Positions 9,496-19,065 of a DNA stretch of 41,564 bases are shown here, piece after piece (within the stretch, counting starts at the first letter, position 1; every line of letters begins with the position of its first letter). Source of the DNA: a virus (lineage: Duplodnaviria > Caudoviricetes). The DNA lies in the IMG/VR virus record IMGVR_UViG_3300031701_000003, positions 1 to 41,564 of that record; one strand, written 5' to 3'. Both the position numbers and the translations under genes were made by a program. The notes beneath the pieces are model-generated. The model saw only the letters and a list, made by a program, of their open reading frames with translations, was not told the origin of the DNA and did no database searches.

Positions 9496-9716
9496 GGGTC
9501 CACCTCGCTATCAGCGGGGAGGATATCCTCCGCGGGTCCGTCTCTCCCGGCCTCGAAGCGGTGGCGGATAACCCCGCCGAGAGTAGCGAGCGCTCCCACT
9601 ACAATGGCCAAATCATCCCCGGAGATCCCCAAGAATGCGGCCACGTGGAAAACTCCAAGAATTGCGAGGACCGCTCCCGTGGTGGCCGCGCTTTGGTCGA
9701 TCGTTGGCCGTCTCAT
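9492..9716 (-). CDS. Small two-TM membrane protein, holin candidate (74 aa)
   Basis: Two hydrophobic segments and an acidic tail, with ATGA coupling on both sides. Confidence 0.5.
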   Translation of the reverse strand: MRRPTIDQSAATTGAVLAILGVFHVAAFLGISGDDLAIVVGALATLGGVIRHRFEAGRDGPAEDILPADSEVDP

Positions 9717-10150
9717 TTTTTGCGCTCCGGTGCTAAGTGAACCCCAGACGGGACTCCAGAATCCCTCCGAGACAGGGTGTTCACCGCGTCCCGGAGGTGG
9801 TTGACTGCGGACGTGTTAAGGTTAACCGCTTTGAGCAATTCCGTTTGGGTGTTTTCGGACTCGCGCGTTAGGACGATTAGCTCTTCAAGCAATTGAGAGT
9901 GTCTCCGGGGAGTGTAAACCCGCGGGACTCCATCATCATCTCGGGCCTCGATCACGCGGTGCAAATCTTCCAATTTTCTGGTGGCGGAAGAAAACATAAG
10001 AGCGTCGTGGGGCCCGGTATTGGTGGAGTCCACCGCTTTGGGGATTGTCGCGTCTTGGGCCCTCCAATCTTTCACGAATTTCAGAACGCGATCAATCAAG
10101 AGAATTGCGAAAATCCCACCGACACCAACTTGAGTCAAAAGATCATTCAC
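9713..10150 (-). CDS. N-terminally anchored membrane/coiled-coil protein, holin-like (145 aa)
   Basis: GTG at 10150 overlaps the upstream TAG. TM segment QVGVGGIFAILLI followed by a coiled coil. Confidence 0.5.
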   Translation of the reverse strand: MNDLLTQVGVGGIFAILLIDRVLKFVKDWRAQDATIPKAVDSTNTGPHDALMFSSATRKLEDLHRVIEARDDDGVPRVYTPRRHSQLLEELIVLTRESENTQTELLKAVNLNTSAVNHLRDAVNTLSRRDSGVPSGVHLAPERKK

Positions 10151-11631
10151 TATTCCAGTCTCCAAACGCTATCCACCCCATCGAATTTCCAGATATACGA
10201 TCCGCGGCTGCCGGGAATTGTGGCCGTCGCCACTAGTGATCCTCCGGGTTGGACGATGTTATTTCCGTTACCGTCCATCGTATAGGTGGTAACCGATCCG
10301 CTCGTGTCCACGATCCCCACCCGCTCCCCGGCGAGTGGCGACGCGGGCATCGTGATCGGTGGCGCCAGCGCTGCTAGCACCCGCACGTGCTCGCCTGCGA
10401 CGGCAGTGTAGGCCGCGCCTTTTGCCGCGCCTAGTGTGTACGCGAGCGCGCCCAATTTCTCCCACGCGCTAGCGGCTGCGCCGCGCTTGACCCAAAGCTC
10501 ACCGAGCCCCGCGTTATCGCGGAAAAACAGCGAGGCGGTATCAGGGTTAGCGGCAAATCCCGTCGGGTCCGATGTCCCCGTCAACATCTGGACATCCTCG
10601 CCGCCACCCGTCCCCACGCCTTGATTTCTTAGGTGGACGATCGGCTGCTCTTCGGTGAGAGGTCCCGTTGGCGTGTTGAGATATAGGCTCTCGCTTGTGG
10701 CACCACCGCCCGGCGTGAACGATATCAGCCCACCGACGCCAGCCGATCCACCGGCAACAAATGCCATGTCTCCACCGTTTGAGAAGCCGCTGCCAGTGGT
10801 GAAATTCAAGTCACCACCCGCGCCAACGGAAAACGAACTACCCGTGCGAAACGTAGCCGCGCCAGCGTCCGCGCCCGTGTTATCGGGCGTTTCAATCAGA
10901 AGTAGGCCCGGCGTATTGCCCACCGAATTTGGGCCGGTGCGAAACGTAGCGCCGCCACCGGCAGAGCCTGCACCACCGGACGTGCCAGCCTCACACAATA
11001 GATCGCCAGCGTCGCCACCAAGGCCCGCGCCACCCGTGCCGGCGCGCATGATAATGGGTGAGCCGTTGCCCGAGCCGTTGCCCGCGCCTCCAAGAATGTC
11101 GATCTGATCGGCCGTGGTATTTGCGAACGTGCAGTCGGGGACACTGACTGTGAGCCCGGCCGAATTGCCGTCACCGCTTGCGCCCGATCGGATCGACAAA
11201 GGTCCGGCCGTGCCTAGCGTGGCGTCTCCGCCTCTGAGGACCGTGGCGCCAGCGATCCCGGTGGCCGCGTCGAAGCCTCGCAATGTTAGCTCATCGACTC
11301 CGGCGATCACTTGGCCGGTGCTCACGTTGAGATCGCGCGGGCCCGTGATATCACCCAACACGAGCGTAGCGGCTAGGTCCTCACCTCCGCCGCCGCCGCC
11401 CGTCGCTACCGTGCGCAAAAGCGGATAGGCCGCGAGCACGAAATCGTCGATCGTGTTGCCGTATATCTGACCCGCCGCGATCCTGATCTCCGTCGCCTTG
11501 GCCTCTTCGCCTACCTGGTCGATCTTCAGCGCCTCGACGACGTCAGCATAGGTGCCATCGTCGACGATCTTAGCTAAGAAGGTCGCCAGGGTCTCGGTTG
11601 CAAAGTCGAATGGATTGATTAGGTCTGCCAT
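10150..11631 (-). CDS. Glycine-rich fibre-like virion protein (493 aa)
   Basis: Repeated Gly-rich motifs (GGDLxxxxG type) and a C-terminal YTAVAGE...ITMPASPLAGERVGIVD...WKFDG domain. Confidence 0.65.
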   Translation of the reverse strand: MADLINPFDFATETLATFLAKIVDDGTYADVVEALKIDQVGEEAKATEIRIAAGQIYGNTIDDFVLAAYPLLRTVATGGGGGGEDLAATLVLGDITGPRDLNVSTGQVIAGVDELTLRGFDAATGIAGATVLRGGDATLGTAGPLSIRSGASGDGNSAGLTVSVPDCTFANTTADQIDILGGAGNGSGNGSPIIMRAGTGGAGLGGDAGDLLCEAGTSGGAGSAGGGATFRTGPNSVGNTPGLLLIETPDNTGADAGAATFRTGSSFSVGAGGDLNFTTGSGFSNGGDMAFVAGGSAGVGGLISFTPGGGATSESLYLNTPTGPLTEEQPIVHLRNQGVGTGGGEDVQMLTGTSDPTGFAANPDTASLFFRDNAGLGELWVKRGAAASAWEKLGALAYTLGAAKGAAYTAVAGEHVRVLAALAPPITMPASPLAGERVGIVDTSGSVTTYTMDGNGNNIVQPGGSLVATATIPGSRGSYIWKFDGVDSVWRLE

Positions 11632-12501
11632 CTACTCCTCATAGCCGATCAGTGTGCCGCTCATCGTGAGTGTGCCCGATGCCTCATCGTAAAAAACTCC
11701 CGCGGTGAAAGGTAGCGCCTCCGCGAAAGTATGAGAGACGGTCGTTACCGTCGACGATCCCGCGCCGGGATCTGGGCAGAAGATCGGAAGGACGATCGGC
11801 CCCGCTACGGTGAGTCCGTCTCGGATCAGGAGCTGTCCTAGGCTGTTTGCCGACTGCTCGACTGTCACGATCATATCCGTAATGTATAGGGTCTTTCCGG
11901 CCGTCACAGTGTACTCAAGCGTCGGGACGGTGATCGCGTCAGTCACGATCACGATCGGCGTTCGGCCCGGAAGCTGCGACGGTCGAGCGCCGGAGACGAC
12001 TTGAAGATTCTGCGAAGTTCCGGCTGCGTTAGTGGTCGGAGCGGTCGAGACGTTGTTGTAGGCTCCTCCGATGTCAGTGCCAACGAGGATCGATCGGTTG
12101 AGTTGGGCGACCATGCCGCCCGCAATGAAGGCCGTGAGCCCTAGAATTTGAGGCGAGAGAGCGGTGTGGAGGAACTTAGTTTCGTAGAAAAAGTCGGCTT
12201 GGGCCGCGACTCCATTTGTGTATTCGTATCTTACAAAAGGCGTAAAAGCCGGGGCGCTGAAAAGCTGAAAACCGTTTGAAGCCGAGTAGGGGATCGTAAG
12301 GAGTCGGACTTGATCTGTGCCTGCCGCGTCGGAGTACCATCGAACGGTGATCGTCCCGTCCACGTCGCTTACGATGTGCGTGTCGACTTGCGTAAATCCT
12401 TGCAGGTCGAGGACGCCCGAATCATAGACGCCAGCGATCCCGAGAGGAGCGGTTGTGAGGTACGCCTGAAAGGCTGCGGGTTCTGCTGGTTGATACGCCA
12501 T
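11632..12501 (-). CDS. Putative beta-rich virion accessory protein (289 aa)
   Basis: ATG at 12501 after AAGGGGAAAAAC. Thr/Gly/aromatic beta-strand composition. Confidence 0.6.
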   Translation of the reverse strand: MAYQPAEPAAFQAYLTTAPLGIAGVYDSGVLDLQGFTQVDTHIVSDVDGTITVRWYSDAAGTDQVRLLTIPYSASNGFQLFSAPAFTPFVRYEYTNGVAAQADFFYETKFLHTALSPQILGLTAFIAGGMVAQLNRSILVGTDIGGAYNNVSTAPTTNAAGTSQNLQVVSGARPSQLPGRTPIVIVTDAITVPTLEYTVTAGKTLYITDMIVTVEQSANSLGQLLIRDGLTVAGPIVLPIFCPDPGAGSSTVTTVSHTFAEALPFTAGVFYDEASGTLTMSGTLIGYEE

Positions 12502-12511
12502 GTTTTTCCCC

Positions 12512-13093
12512 TTAGTAGATCCACCAATTCGAGCCGTCCGAGATCGCGGTGACCATCTCGAATTGTTCCGCAAGCGGGAGCCCGGTCGCGCTGTAGTCTG
12601 TGCCGTCAATCGTGATCCCGGCGCCGCTAGTGCGGATCTCAATACTGGTAGCAGTAGCAGGGACCGCGATCGCTTTGACCGCCACCCGTGCGTTCGCCAC
12701 GGGCGCGGGGAGGGTGACAACACACGTCGCCGCGTTGACAAGAACGAACTCCCCTCCCGCCGCGGAGCGTGCTGCGGTTGCCTCGATGGCGACGGTCCAC
12801 ACGGTACCCCCGCTCGCCTCCGCTCGCATGGTGAGCCCACCGGCTCCGTCCGGCGCTAGGACATGCGTGAGGGTAGCGGACGCGGTGGAGAGGTCCTCCA
12901 CCGTGAGAGGGTCCGCGGCCCCCTTGTCATGGGTCGCCGCGTGGATCTCCGCGTGGTGATCGTTCGGAGTTTGTCCGGTGGTGGACGCGTGGGTGACCGA
13001 CCCGCCGCCGCCACCAGGGATCACGCCGCCGATCGTGATGAAACCGGTGAGCCTAACGCCGCCGATCGTGATCAAACTTTGTGCGAGTCCCAT
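12512..13093 (-). CDS. Short fibre-like protein with His motif (193 aa)
   Basis: HASTTGQTPNDHHAEIHAATH His cluster. C-terminal domain resembles that of 10150..11631. Confidence 0.6.
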   Translation of the reverse strand: MGLAQSLITIGGVRLTGFITIGGVIPGGGGGSVTHASTTGQTPNDHHAEIHAATHDKGAADPLTVEDLSTASATLTHVLAPDGAGGLTMRAEASGGTVWTVAIEATAARSAAGGEFVLVNAATCVVTLPAPVANARVAVKAIAVPATATSIEIRTSGAGITIDGTDYSATGLPLAEQFEMVTAISDGSNWWIY

Positions 13094-13096
13094 GCC

Positions 13097-13477
13097 CTAA
13101 CCCTCGGTGTTGACGAAGTCATAGTCGATGGTAAGCCAACCATCCGAGGAAAGCCCGACCGTGGTGAACGTGAGCGACCAAGAGTCCCCCGCCGCGTCGT
13201 CTTCGGTTGCGATGATCATCCCCTCGATGGTGAAATCATTGATCGGTCCGCCCGTGCCCTCGTTGAGAATTAGCGGCGTATTGCCGGGGTCGGTCGGGTC
13301 GATCGTTCGCACCTCGAAAGTCACCGGCGCCCCGTCGCAATGGAAGCGCATCGAGTTGATCCGCGTTTCGATCATACGGTCCCCGGTGTTGCCGTTGTTG
13401 CCGGGGTCGAAGAGCCCGGTTAGATCGGTGAGCCCGTCGAAGTCGGCGGCGGTCAATTTGTTTTTGAAGATCGGCAT
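13097..13477 (-). CDS. Hypothetical acidic beta-rich virion protein (126 aa)
   Basis: Tightly packed in the operon with consistent codon usage. Confidence 0.6.
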   Translation of the reverse strand: MPIFKNKLTAADFDGLTDLTGLFDPGNNGNTGDRMIETRINSMRFHCDGAPVTFEVRTIDPTDPGNTPLILNEGTGGPINDFTIEGMIIATEDDAAGDSWSLTFTTVGLSSDGWLTIDYDFVNTEG

Positions 13478-13480
13478 GTG

Positions 13481-14026
13481 CTAGGCGCTCCCTTGCGCGA
13501 TGATCGACCCCTTCGCGGAGCCCTTGCGAACGGCCCACGACACCGAGTCGCGAAGCTTAAGTGTTTCGTGTAGGGGCCAATCGAAGCCCTTGTTTTTGAT
13601 GGTGCTCGCGGCGTTGCCTTTGGCCCATCCGCGAGACCCTCGGATCTTTTCCGTCACCATGCGCGCGACCTTTTGTCCGACGTCGGACAAGCCCGCGATC
13701 GGTGTGGTGCGGCCGTTGACGATCGCGCCCAACGAGGTCGCCATCTCCGTCTCGATGTCGTGGCGTCTCTCGAAGAGTGTACCGCGGAGAAACGATCGAG
13801 CGGGGATGCCGAGGTTGGCACCTCGACCGCCGCCGTGCCCATCGGTTCCGAATTCGTTATACAGCGCAACGGTCGCCACATTGATCCCGGTCGGGTATTT
13901 TTGTCGCCCGTCCTTGCCTTGAAAGCCGATCGTCAAGGTGAGCTTGCCGAGCCGCTCCATCGTCCGCTTGAAGCGCACAAGGTTGTCGAGATCAAGCGTG
14001 ACTTCAACGGACACGCTAGCACCCAC
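13481..14026 (-). CDS. Neck/tail completion protein (181 aa)
   Basis: VATVALYNEFGT...IPARSFLR...NAASTIKNKGFDWPLHET motifs. Confidence 0.75.
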   Translation of the reverse strand: MGASVSVEVTLDLDNLVRFKRTMERLGKLTLTIGFQGKDGRQKYPTGINVATVALYNEFGTDGHGGGRGANLGIPARSFLRGTLFERRHDIETEMATSLGAIVNGRTTPIAGLSDVGQKVARMVTEKIRGSRGWAKGNAASTIKNKGFDWPLHETLKLRDSVSWAVRKGSAKGSIIAQGSA

Positions 14027-14729
14027 ATCCCGGGATGAAGGCGCCTCGACGACCGGCGATCGGCGCGACGAAGATCGTTTTTTTCATGGCGAGATATAGG
14101 CGGCCCCAACGCGTCGATCCAAAGTCCGCGTCGATCCCTGTCGCGGTACCCGTGGCCGCGAAGCTCACCTCAATCTTGTCGATCTTCTTGCGGTTGATCG
14201 CACCCCCCTCGCCACCCCCCGCAACGGTGAGCATGTGCGCCGCGAGATACACCGAAGCGCATGAGGCTTTGACGCCCCAACATGCGAGGTTGATCATCGA
14301 GCACGAGCACGACAACGAGAACACAACGAGAGCATCGCCACCGGTCAACGTGAGCGCGTCGAAGGTGAGCGCCGCGGGATTGCTTGCCGCAAGTTGGACG
14401 GCCCCAGCGGCGCCCTCCTTGGCGCTCACGAGGTACACCAAAGAGCCCGCGCTCGCGCTCGTCGTCGAGATGAGCAACGAGGGCAACGCGAGCAACGCCG
14501 CGAGCAAGTTGGTAGCGGTGTCGGCGGTCGTCGCACCGATCGCGTAGTCGGTGCCCGCGGCAAGGGTCTCGACGATCGGCGGGAAGGCGTACGGATCTGT
14601 GAGCGTGATCGTGTCGCCCGGTGTCGGCTGTACCGTGATCGTCAACGTGCCCGTCGACGCATCCCCGAGCGTGAGATACTCGGGAACGAGATCGACAAAC
14701 TCGTCGATCGTGGCGCACGCTTGGCTCAT
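14016..14729 (-). CDS. Head-tail adaptor (DUF4054-like) with inserted domain (237 aa)
   Basis: TIDEFVDLVPEY N-terminus and YLAAHML...EVSF...FGSTRWGRLYLAM C-terminus. Confidence 0.7.
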   Translation of the reverse strand: MSQACATIDEFVDLVPEYLTLGDASTGTLTITVQPTPGDTITLTDPYAFPPIVETLAAGTDYAIGATTADTATNLLAALLALPSLLISTTSASAGSLVYLVSAKEGAAGAVQLAASNPAALTFDALTLTGGDALVVFSLSCSCSMINLACWGVKASCASVYLAAHMLTVAGGGEGGAINRKKIDKIEVSFAATGTATGIDADFGSTRWGRLYLAMKKTIFVAPIAGRRGAFIPGCGC

Positions 14730-15100
14730 GCGCGAAGCTCTAACATCCGCGACTCGATAGCCTTGAGCACAGACTTGCGAGACTCGACCGCGTGAAAATC
14801 CGATAGCACGTCAAGGTCGTCTTCGGTCGCAACCATTGCGACGACCTTGCGCCAATTCAAAAGTGTGATGTCGGTAGCATCGTCGTCGAGATTCTCGACG
14901 GGTGCGACGGCCTTGGGCGCGTCGGTTGCGACGGCAATGGTGCCCGCGTCGATGAAGGCGCGCACGTCAGTCTTGGCTTTCCACGCGAGCGCAACATCCT
15001 CGGGCACGTCGGTCTTCGTTGAGTCGGAATTGATGATCGCGGTGTACTCGTTAGCGAGTACAGCGATGGTGAATTTTGTCCGGTTGATGATCGTCGCCAT
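14726..15100 (-). CDS. Hypothetical protein after capsid gene (124 aa)
   Basis: GGAG SD and C-terminal ESRKSVLKAIESRM helix common in post-capsid genes. Confidence 0.65.
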   Translation of the reverse strand: MATIINRTKFTIAVLANEYTAIINSDSTKTDVPEDVALAWKAKTDVRAFIDAGTIAVATDAPKAVAPVENLDDDATDITLLNWRKVVAMVATEDDLDVLSDFHAVESRKSVLKAIESRMLELRA

Positions 15101-15114
15101 GTTGCTCCGAAGCG

Positions 15115-15159
15115 CTTGAAAGAATACGCGCCCCCGGCCACGCGAAGCCGGGGACGCGT
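15115..15159 (-). terminator. Probable intrinsic terminator/attenuator after capsid gene
   Basis: Minus strand ACGCGTCCCCGGC-loop-GCCGGGGGCGCGT followed by ATTCTTT. Confidence 0.55.
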
Positions 15160-15166
15160 GGCGGAT

Positions 15167-16117
15167 TTACACGCCGTCGAGACGAAGCACCGAGCGCGGG
15201 CGCGGTGTCATAACGCCACCATACCGCGACTCGAAATTGAGCACGAAGGCAAGCCCGCGTTGCTCCGGTGGCACGGCGGCCATCATCATCGGAAACACCG
15301 CGCGCATGCGCATCGGGTCGTTTCGATAGACCATCACCGAAGCGCCACCCGCGGCTGAGACCGAGTCCATGCCCGGCTCCCAATCCCAACGCGTGATCAT
15401 CGGGAAAGCCTCACGCAAAAACGAGAGGATCGTGCGATCACTCGCAGCGGGTAAGTGCACCTCGGTGCTCACGATGTTCCACGAGGCAACATCGAAAACG
15501 ACCGTGTCGGGCATCTCGACTCCGTCGCTTGCGTTGTTGATCGAGTTGATCGCGGTGCGAAGATCGGCAACGATCTGTGCGCCGGTGGCCGTGGCCCAAT
15601 TGCCCGTGACCGCATTGGCGACAATGATCCCGGGTTGGTTAGTGACGCCGACGAGCGAAGTGCCCGGGACGCCCGATCTGATGAAGCGGTTAAGCGCCCG
15701 GTCGTGACCCTCACGAGCGGCCGCGGCTTTCTCCGCTGCAATGTCGAAGGTGCCTTGCATCCGCGCGGTGCGGATATCCTGTCGACTGTACTTGACCGCG
15801 ATCCCGACGGTCTTGATCTCGCGCAAGTTGTTGCGCCCCTCGATGTCTGCCATCGGCAGATCGGTAGCACAATCGGCAATGATCTCGGCTTCACCTACCG
15901 TGCCCAATTCAGTGTAACTGTACTCCGTCGCACCCTCGTTGATCGACGTGTTGAACGGGAGCAGTCCCCCGTTCATCCATTTTGAATCTGGGTACTCGAA
16001 GCGAAACAGTTCGGTAAAAGTAGCGCGCACAAGTTGTTGCGCGAAGATGCCGTTTTGGGAGTCGCCCCGGAACATGTCCAAGCCGACAACCGCGTCGCAA
16101 ATGTTTTTGATCTTCAT
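15167..16117 (-). CDS. Major capsid protein (DUF2184-like, HK97 fold, 316 aa)
   Basis: GEAEIIADCATDLPMAD...YSRQDIRTA...ESRYGGVMTPRP motifs, plus synteny. Confidence 0.85.
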   Translation of the reverse strand: MKIKNICDAVVGLDMFRGDSQNGIFAQQLVRATFTELFRFEYPDSKWMNGGLLPFNTSINEGATEYSYTELGTVGEAEIIADCATDLPMADIEGRNNLREIKTVGIAVKYSRQDIRTARMQGTFDIAAEKAAAAREGHDRALNRFIRSGVPGTSLVGVTNQPGIIVANAVTGNWATATGAQIVADLRTAINSINNASDGVEMPDTVVFDVASWNIVSTEVHLPAASDRTILSFLREAFPMITRWDWEPGMDSVSAAGGASVMVYRNDPMRMRAVFPMMMAAVPPEQRGLAFVLNFESRYGGVMTPRPRSVLRLDGV

Positions 16118-16135
16118 GGTCTTGAGTCCTTCGGA

Positions 16136-16939
16136 TTAGACGCGGTTGATGGAAACGCGAGCAAGGCCCGGTCCCGTGGTGACGCTCCGAAATCGGATGC
16201 CGGTGAGTGCGATGGCGTCGCCGCCGTCCGCGTCAGATCGGAAGTTTCCGACCGCTTGGTTAAGTCCGGGGTTCTGCGTCCTCATGAAGACCTGACCGTT
16301 GAACGCAACCGCGTCTTCGACGGAAACAACCGTATCCCCCATCGACATCGCGGACAGGCAATTTCCAGCCGCGACACCGTTGGGATCTGGCGCAACGCCC
16401 GTTGCAACTTGAACGTCGACGACACCGCACACGAAGACGCCGAGAAAATCGGCGTCGACGGTAGCGGCTCCGGGGAGCGTTGCAAAGCCGTCACCCGAGC
16501 CGGGGACAAGCCCGACACCGATGGGCAAGAAAGTCCCGCCCGGTGCTTGCGCCGTTGCGATCGTAATGTTCGCGCCGGGGTTGCTTATCATGGTGAGCGC
16601 GTACGCGATCCCCGGGTGGATGAAGTCCAAGGTGAGGACCGGATCCGCAAGCGAAGGGACAAGGATATTTAGAAAATCCGGGTCGGCAAGGATCGCCGCC
16701 TCGATAGCTCCTAGCAACACCGCGGTCGACTCACCGCCAACGGCAACAACGTCGACGGAGAAAGTGCCCTCGGGGGCGACGATCTCCAGCGTGTACGTGC
16801 CCGCGGTTGCGACACCACCCGCGGTGAGCGTGCTTTGCTGTGCGAGCAATTCGTTGATGTAACTGTCAACGGTCCAAGGGGACGCCGTGCCAAACTGGCC
16901 AAGTTGTAGAAGGGGTCGATCGTAATTGAATTGTGGCAT
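16136..16939 (-). CDS. Capsid decoration/cement protein with inserted domain (267 aa)
   Basis: Start MPQFNY at 16939, between protease and capsid. VEDAVAFNGQVFMR...NFRSDADG C-terminus. Confidence 0.65.
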   Translation of the reverse strand: MPQFNYDRPLLQLGQFGTASPWTVDSYINELLAQQSTLTAGGVATAGTYTLEIVAPEGTFSVDVVAVGGESTAVLLGAIEAAILADPDFLNILVPSLADPVLTLDFIHPGIAYALTMISNPGANITIATAQAPGGTFLPIGVGLVPGSGDGFATLPGAATVDADFLGVFVCGVVDVQVATGVAPDPNGVAAGNCLSAMSMGDTVVSVEDAVAFNGQVFMRTQNPGLNQAVGNFRSDADGGDAIALTGIRFRSVTTGPGLARVSINRV

Positions 16940-16943
16940 CGTC

Positions 16944-18191
16944 TTAGCTCTCCGCCTTGACGGCGTTGCCGGTGTGCTTGTAGCGGTCGTGGTATGCGGT
17001 TTCGATAGCGTCGAGATCCTCGCGCTCACCCGCTTGCATGGCGTCGAAGATCACCCGCCCCGTCTCTTCGACGGCGTCGGTACGCGAGCGATGAAGGTCA
17101 AGGCACGCATCGAAGGAGGCGCGCAAATATCCGGCGTCGTTCTTGTTGGCGTCGAGTCGATCCTTGAGCCCGGGGTTGACCTTGACGATCACCGCGCGGC
17201 GGATCGCGTCGTCGGTTGCGCCGTCTGTCTTCGCGTCGGATCCGAGGATCTCCCGCGCGTCGGTCACAAGTGCAACGCGTGCGTCAATGCGTGCACCCTC
17301 GGAGTTACGGCGCGAAGTAGCGTCGGCTTCGAGTGCGTCGATCTTGGCTTGCATGGCGACGAGATCGCCGGTGTCGTTCTTGTTGGGCATGTTGTCTTCT
17401 TCGTCTTCGTCCTTGTCGGTGTCGAAGGGGAGCCCGGCGTCTACCTTGGCGGCGAGCGCCTTGGCGACCTCGGGCGCGACGTCGAAGGACTGTCCTTCGA
17501 TGTCGACCTTGACGGTGTCGGTAGTAATTTCTTCGTGTGGCATGTTGGCCTTTTGGGTGATGTTGAACGCGTCACCGCGAGCAAGCAGGAGCCGGCACTC
17601 GGGCCCGGCTCTTCCGTGATCGACGATAGCAACGTGGTTGCCTCGGATGTTTGTTTGCCTCGCGGCAAAGGTCGCACCCTCGGGGGTCGCGCCCGTGTCT
17701 CTAACTAGCGTCGCCGTATAGCCGCACGACAGTTCTGTTTTGCCTTTCTTGATCGCCGCGATCGTGTCGGCGTCGGTCACGACGATCGACGCGGCGACGT
17801 GTATGCCGTCGCGTCGGACATCGGATCCGGCGTGCCCAACTTGAACGTCTTTCACGTTGCGAGCTGTGACGAATTCCGCGGGGTGATCATTGGTCAACAC
17901 GCTCATCTCAAACGAGCGGAGCGCGTCGGGGTGGAACACTTCGACGGGGTCGCGGTACTCCCCCCAAGTGTTGCCGTCGGCGTCGCTGTAAAGCTGGACA
18001 CCCGTGCGGGAGATCTTTGCATCTACTCGAAGAAAGCCGGTGCCCGCGTCGACGCGCGCAAGCATGCCGTCTTGGCGCTCCGGGTCGAAGTGGATCTCAC
18101 CGAGTCGATCGATCCGCGTGACCGTCGATCCGTCGGCCGCGTCGAGCATCTCGACGCATGCCTCGAAACGATCGACCAAGTCCTTGCCCAC
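16944..18191 (-). CDS. Prohead protease/scaffold (DUF2213-like, 415 aa)
   Basis: ISRTGVQLY, LTNDHP, ELSCGY and NHVAIVDHGRAG motifs, with a helical scaffold C-terminus. Confidence 0.85.
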   Translation of the reverse strand: MGKDLVDRFEACVEMLDAADGSTVTRIDRLGEIHFDPERQDGMLARVDAGTGFLRVDAKISRTGVQLYSDADGNTWGEYRDPVEVFHPDALRSFEMSVLTNDHPAEFVTARNVKDVQVGHAGSDVRRDGIHVAASIVVTDADTIAAIKKGKTELSCGYTATLVRDTGATPEGATFAARQTNIRGNHVAIVDHGRAGPECRLLLARGDAFNITQKANMPHEEITTDTVKVDIEGQSFDVAPEVAKALAAKVDAGLPFDTDKDEDEEDNMPNKNDTGDLVAMQAKIDALEADATSRRNSEGARIDARVALVTDAREILGSDAKTDGATDDAIRRAVIVKVNPGLKDRLDANKNDAGYLRASFDACLDLHRSRTDAVEETGRVIFDAMQAGEREDLDAIETAYHDRYKHTGNAVKAES

Positions 18192-18263
18192 TAACCCATC
18201 CTCCGCACCGGTGCGTCTTGCTTCTCGTCGTCGAGTCGATCGACGATCGGTAAGCCCCGCGCG

Positions 18264-18503
18264 TCAGTCTTCGTCGTCGAAGTCGTCGGGGTCGTAGTCG
18301 CCGGGGTCGTAGTCGCCGGGGTCGAGGTCGGTGTTGTCTTCGGGCTCTTCATCGGTTGAGATCTCCGGGGGCTCTTCGGGCTTGCTTTCGATCTCGTGCT
18401 TGGGCTCAACCGGTACATCGATCCGCACCTTAGTCGATGGCGTTGCCGTGCTCGCTTGCAGCCGTTGGGCTCGGGTCAAGGGATAGCGGGATCGGCGTGC
18501 CAC
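18264..18503 (-). CDS. Small protein with very acidic tail (up to 79 aa), start uncertain
   Basis: Basic N-terminus and DPGDYDPGDYDPDDFDDED tail, fills the gap in the operon. Confidence 0.4.
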   Translation of the reverse strand: MARRSRYPLTRAQRLQASTATPSTKVRIDVPVEPKHEIESKPEEPPEISTDEEPEDNTDLDPGDYDPGDYDPDDFDDED

Positions 18504-18535
18504 CCTCCGAGGGTGGCCCTACTCCCGGCCCCGAG

Positions 18536-19063
18536 TCAAGGTATAGCCAACGCTTCGAGATCCTCTCGCCACACAGGAGCGACACCGGTGGGTTGCCGTC
18601 TCCACTTACATCGCCCCCATCGCACGCTTGCGGGGTGCCTACGGCCCGGGGGCGTCTCGCACAAGGTCTTAAGTTTCGACGCCGCGACCCACGCCGAAAG
18701 CATAGGGACATCGAGAACCCACGCGGGTGCACAAGGCCAGAGGAGCCGCACATGGTAGGCGGCCATGAGTCCGAAGGCCCCGCGGGTTGACCACCCCCCG
18801 GGCCCGTACGGCTGGCACGCGGGATCGATCCACCCAACGCGCGCCGCGTTGCCCCAAACCTTGCGGCTATGCCCCGCGTCGAGTTTATGTACCCCTACGG
18901 AGCCGCACGCGCCAACACCAGGGCCCCTAGACTCCCGGTGGCACACTCGGACCAATTCAACCGCGGCCGCTGTGGGGAGCCCCTGTGCCCTCACAGCGAT
19001 ATGCGCCGCAAGCTCCGGGGGAGCCGCAAGCGACGCAAGATAAACGAAGATCTCGATGAGCAT
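18536..19063 (-). CDS. Lytic transglycosylase (SLT-like) with N-terminal hydrophobic segment (175 aa)
   Basis: VCHRES (catalytic Glu-Ser) and RGAFGLM (GLMQ-like) motifs, signal/SAR-like N-terminus. Confidence 0.6.
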   Translation of the reverse strand: MLIEIFVYLASLAAPPELAAHIAVRAQGLPTAAAVELVRVCHRESRGPGVGACGSVGVHKLDAGHSRKVWGNAARVGWIDPACQPYGPGGWSTRGAFGLMAAYHVRLLWPCAPAWVLDVPMLSAWVAASKLKTLCETPPGRRHPASVRWGRCKWRRQPTGVAPVWREDLEALAIP

Positions 19064-19065
19064 GC

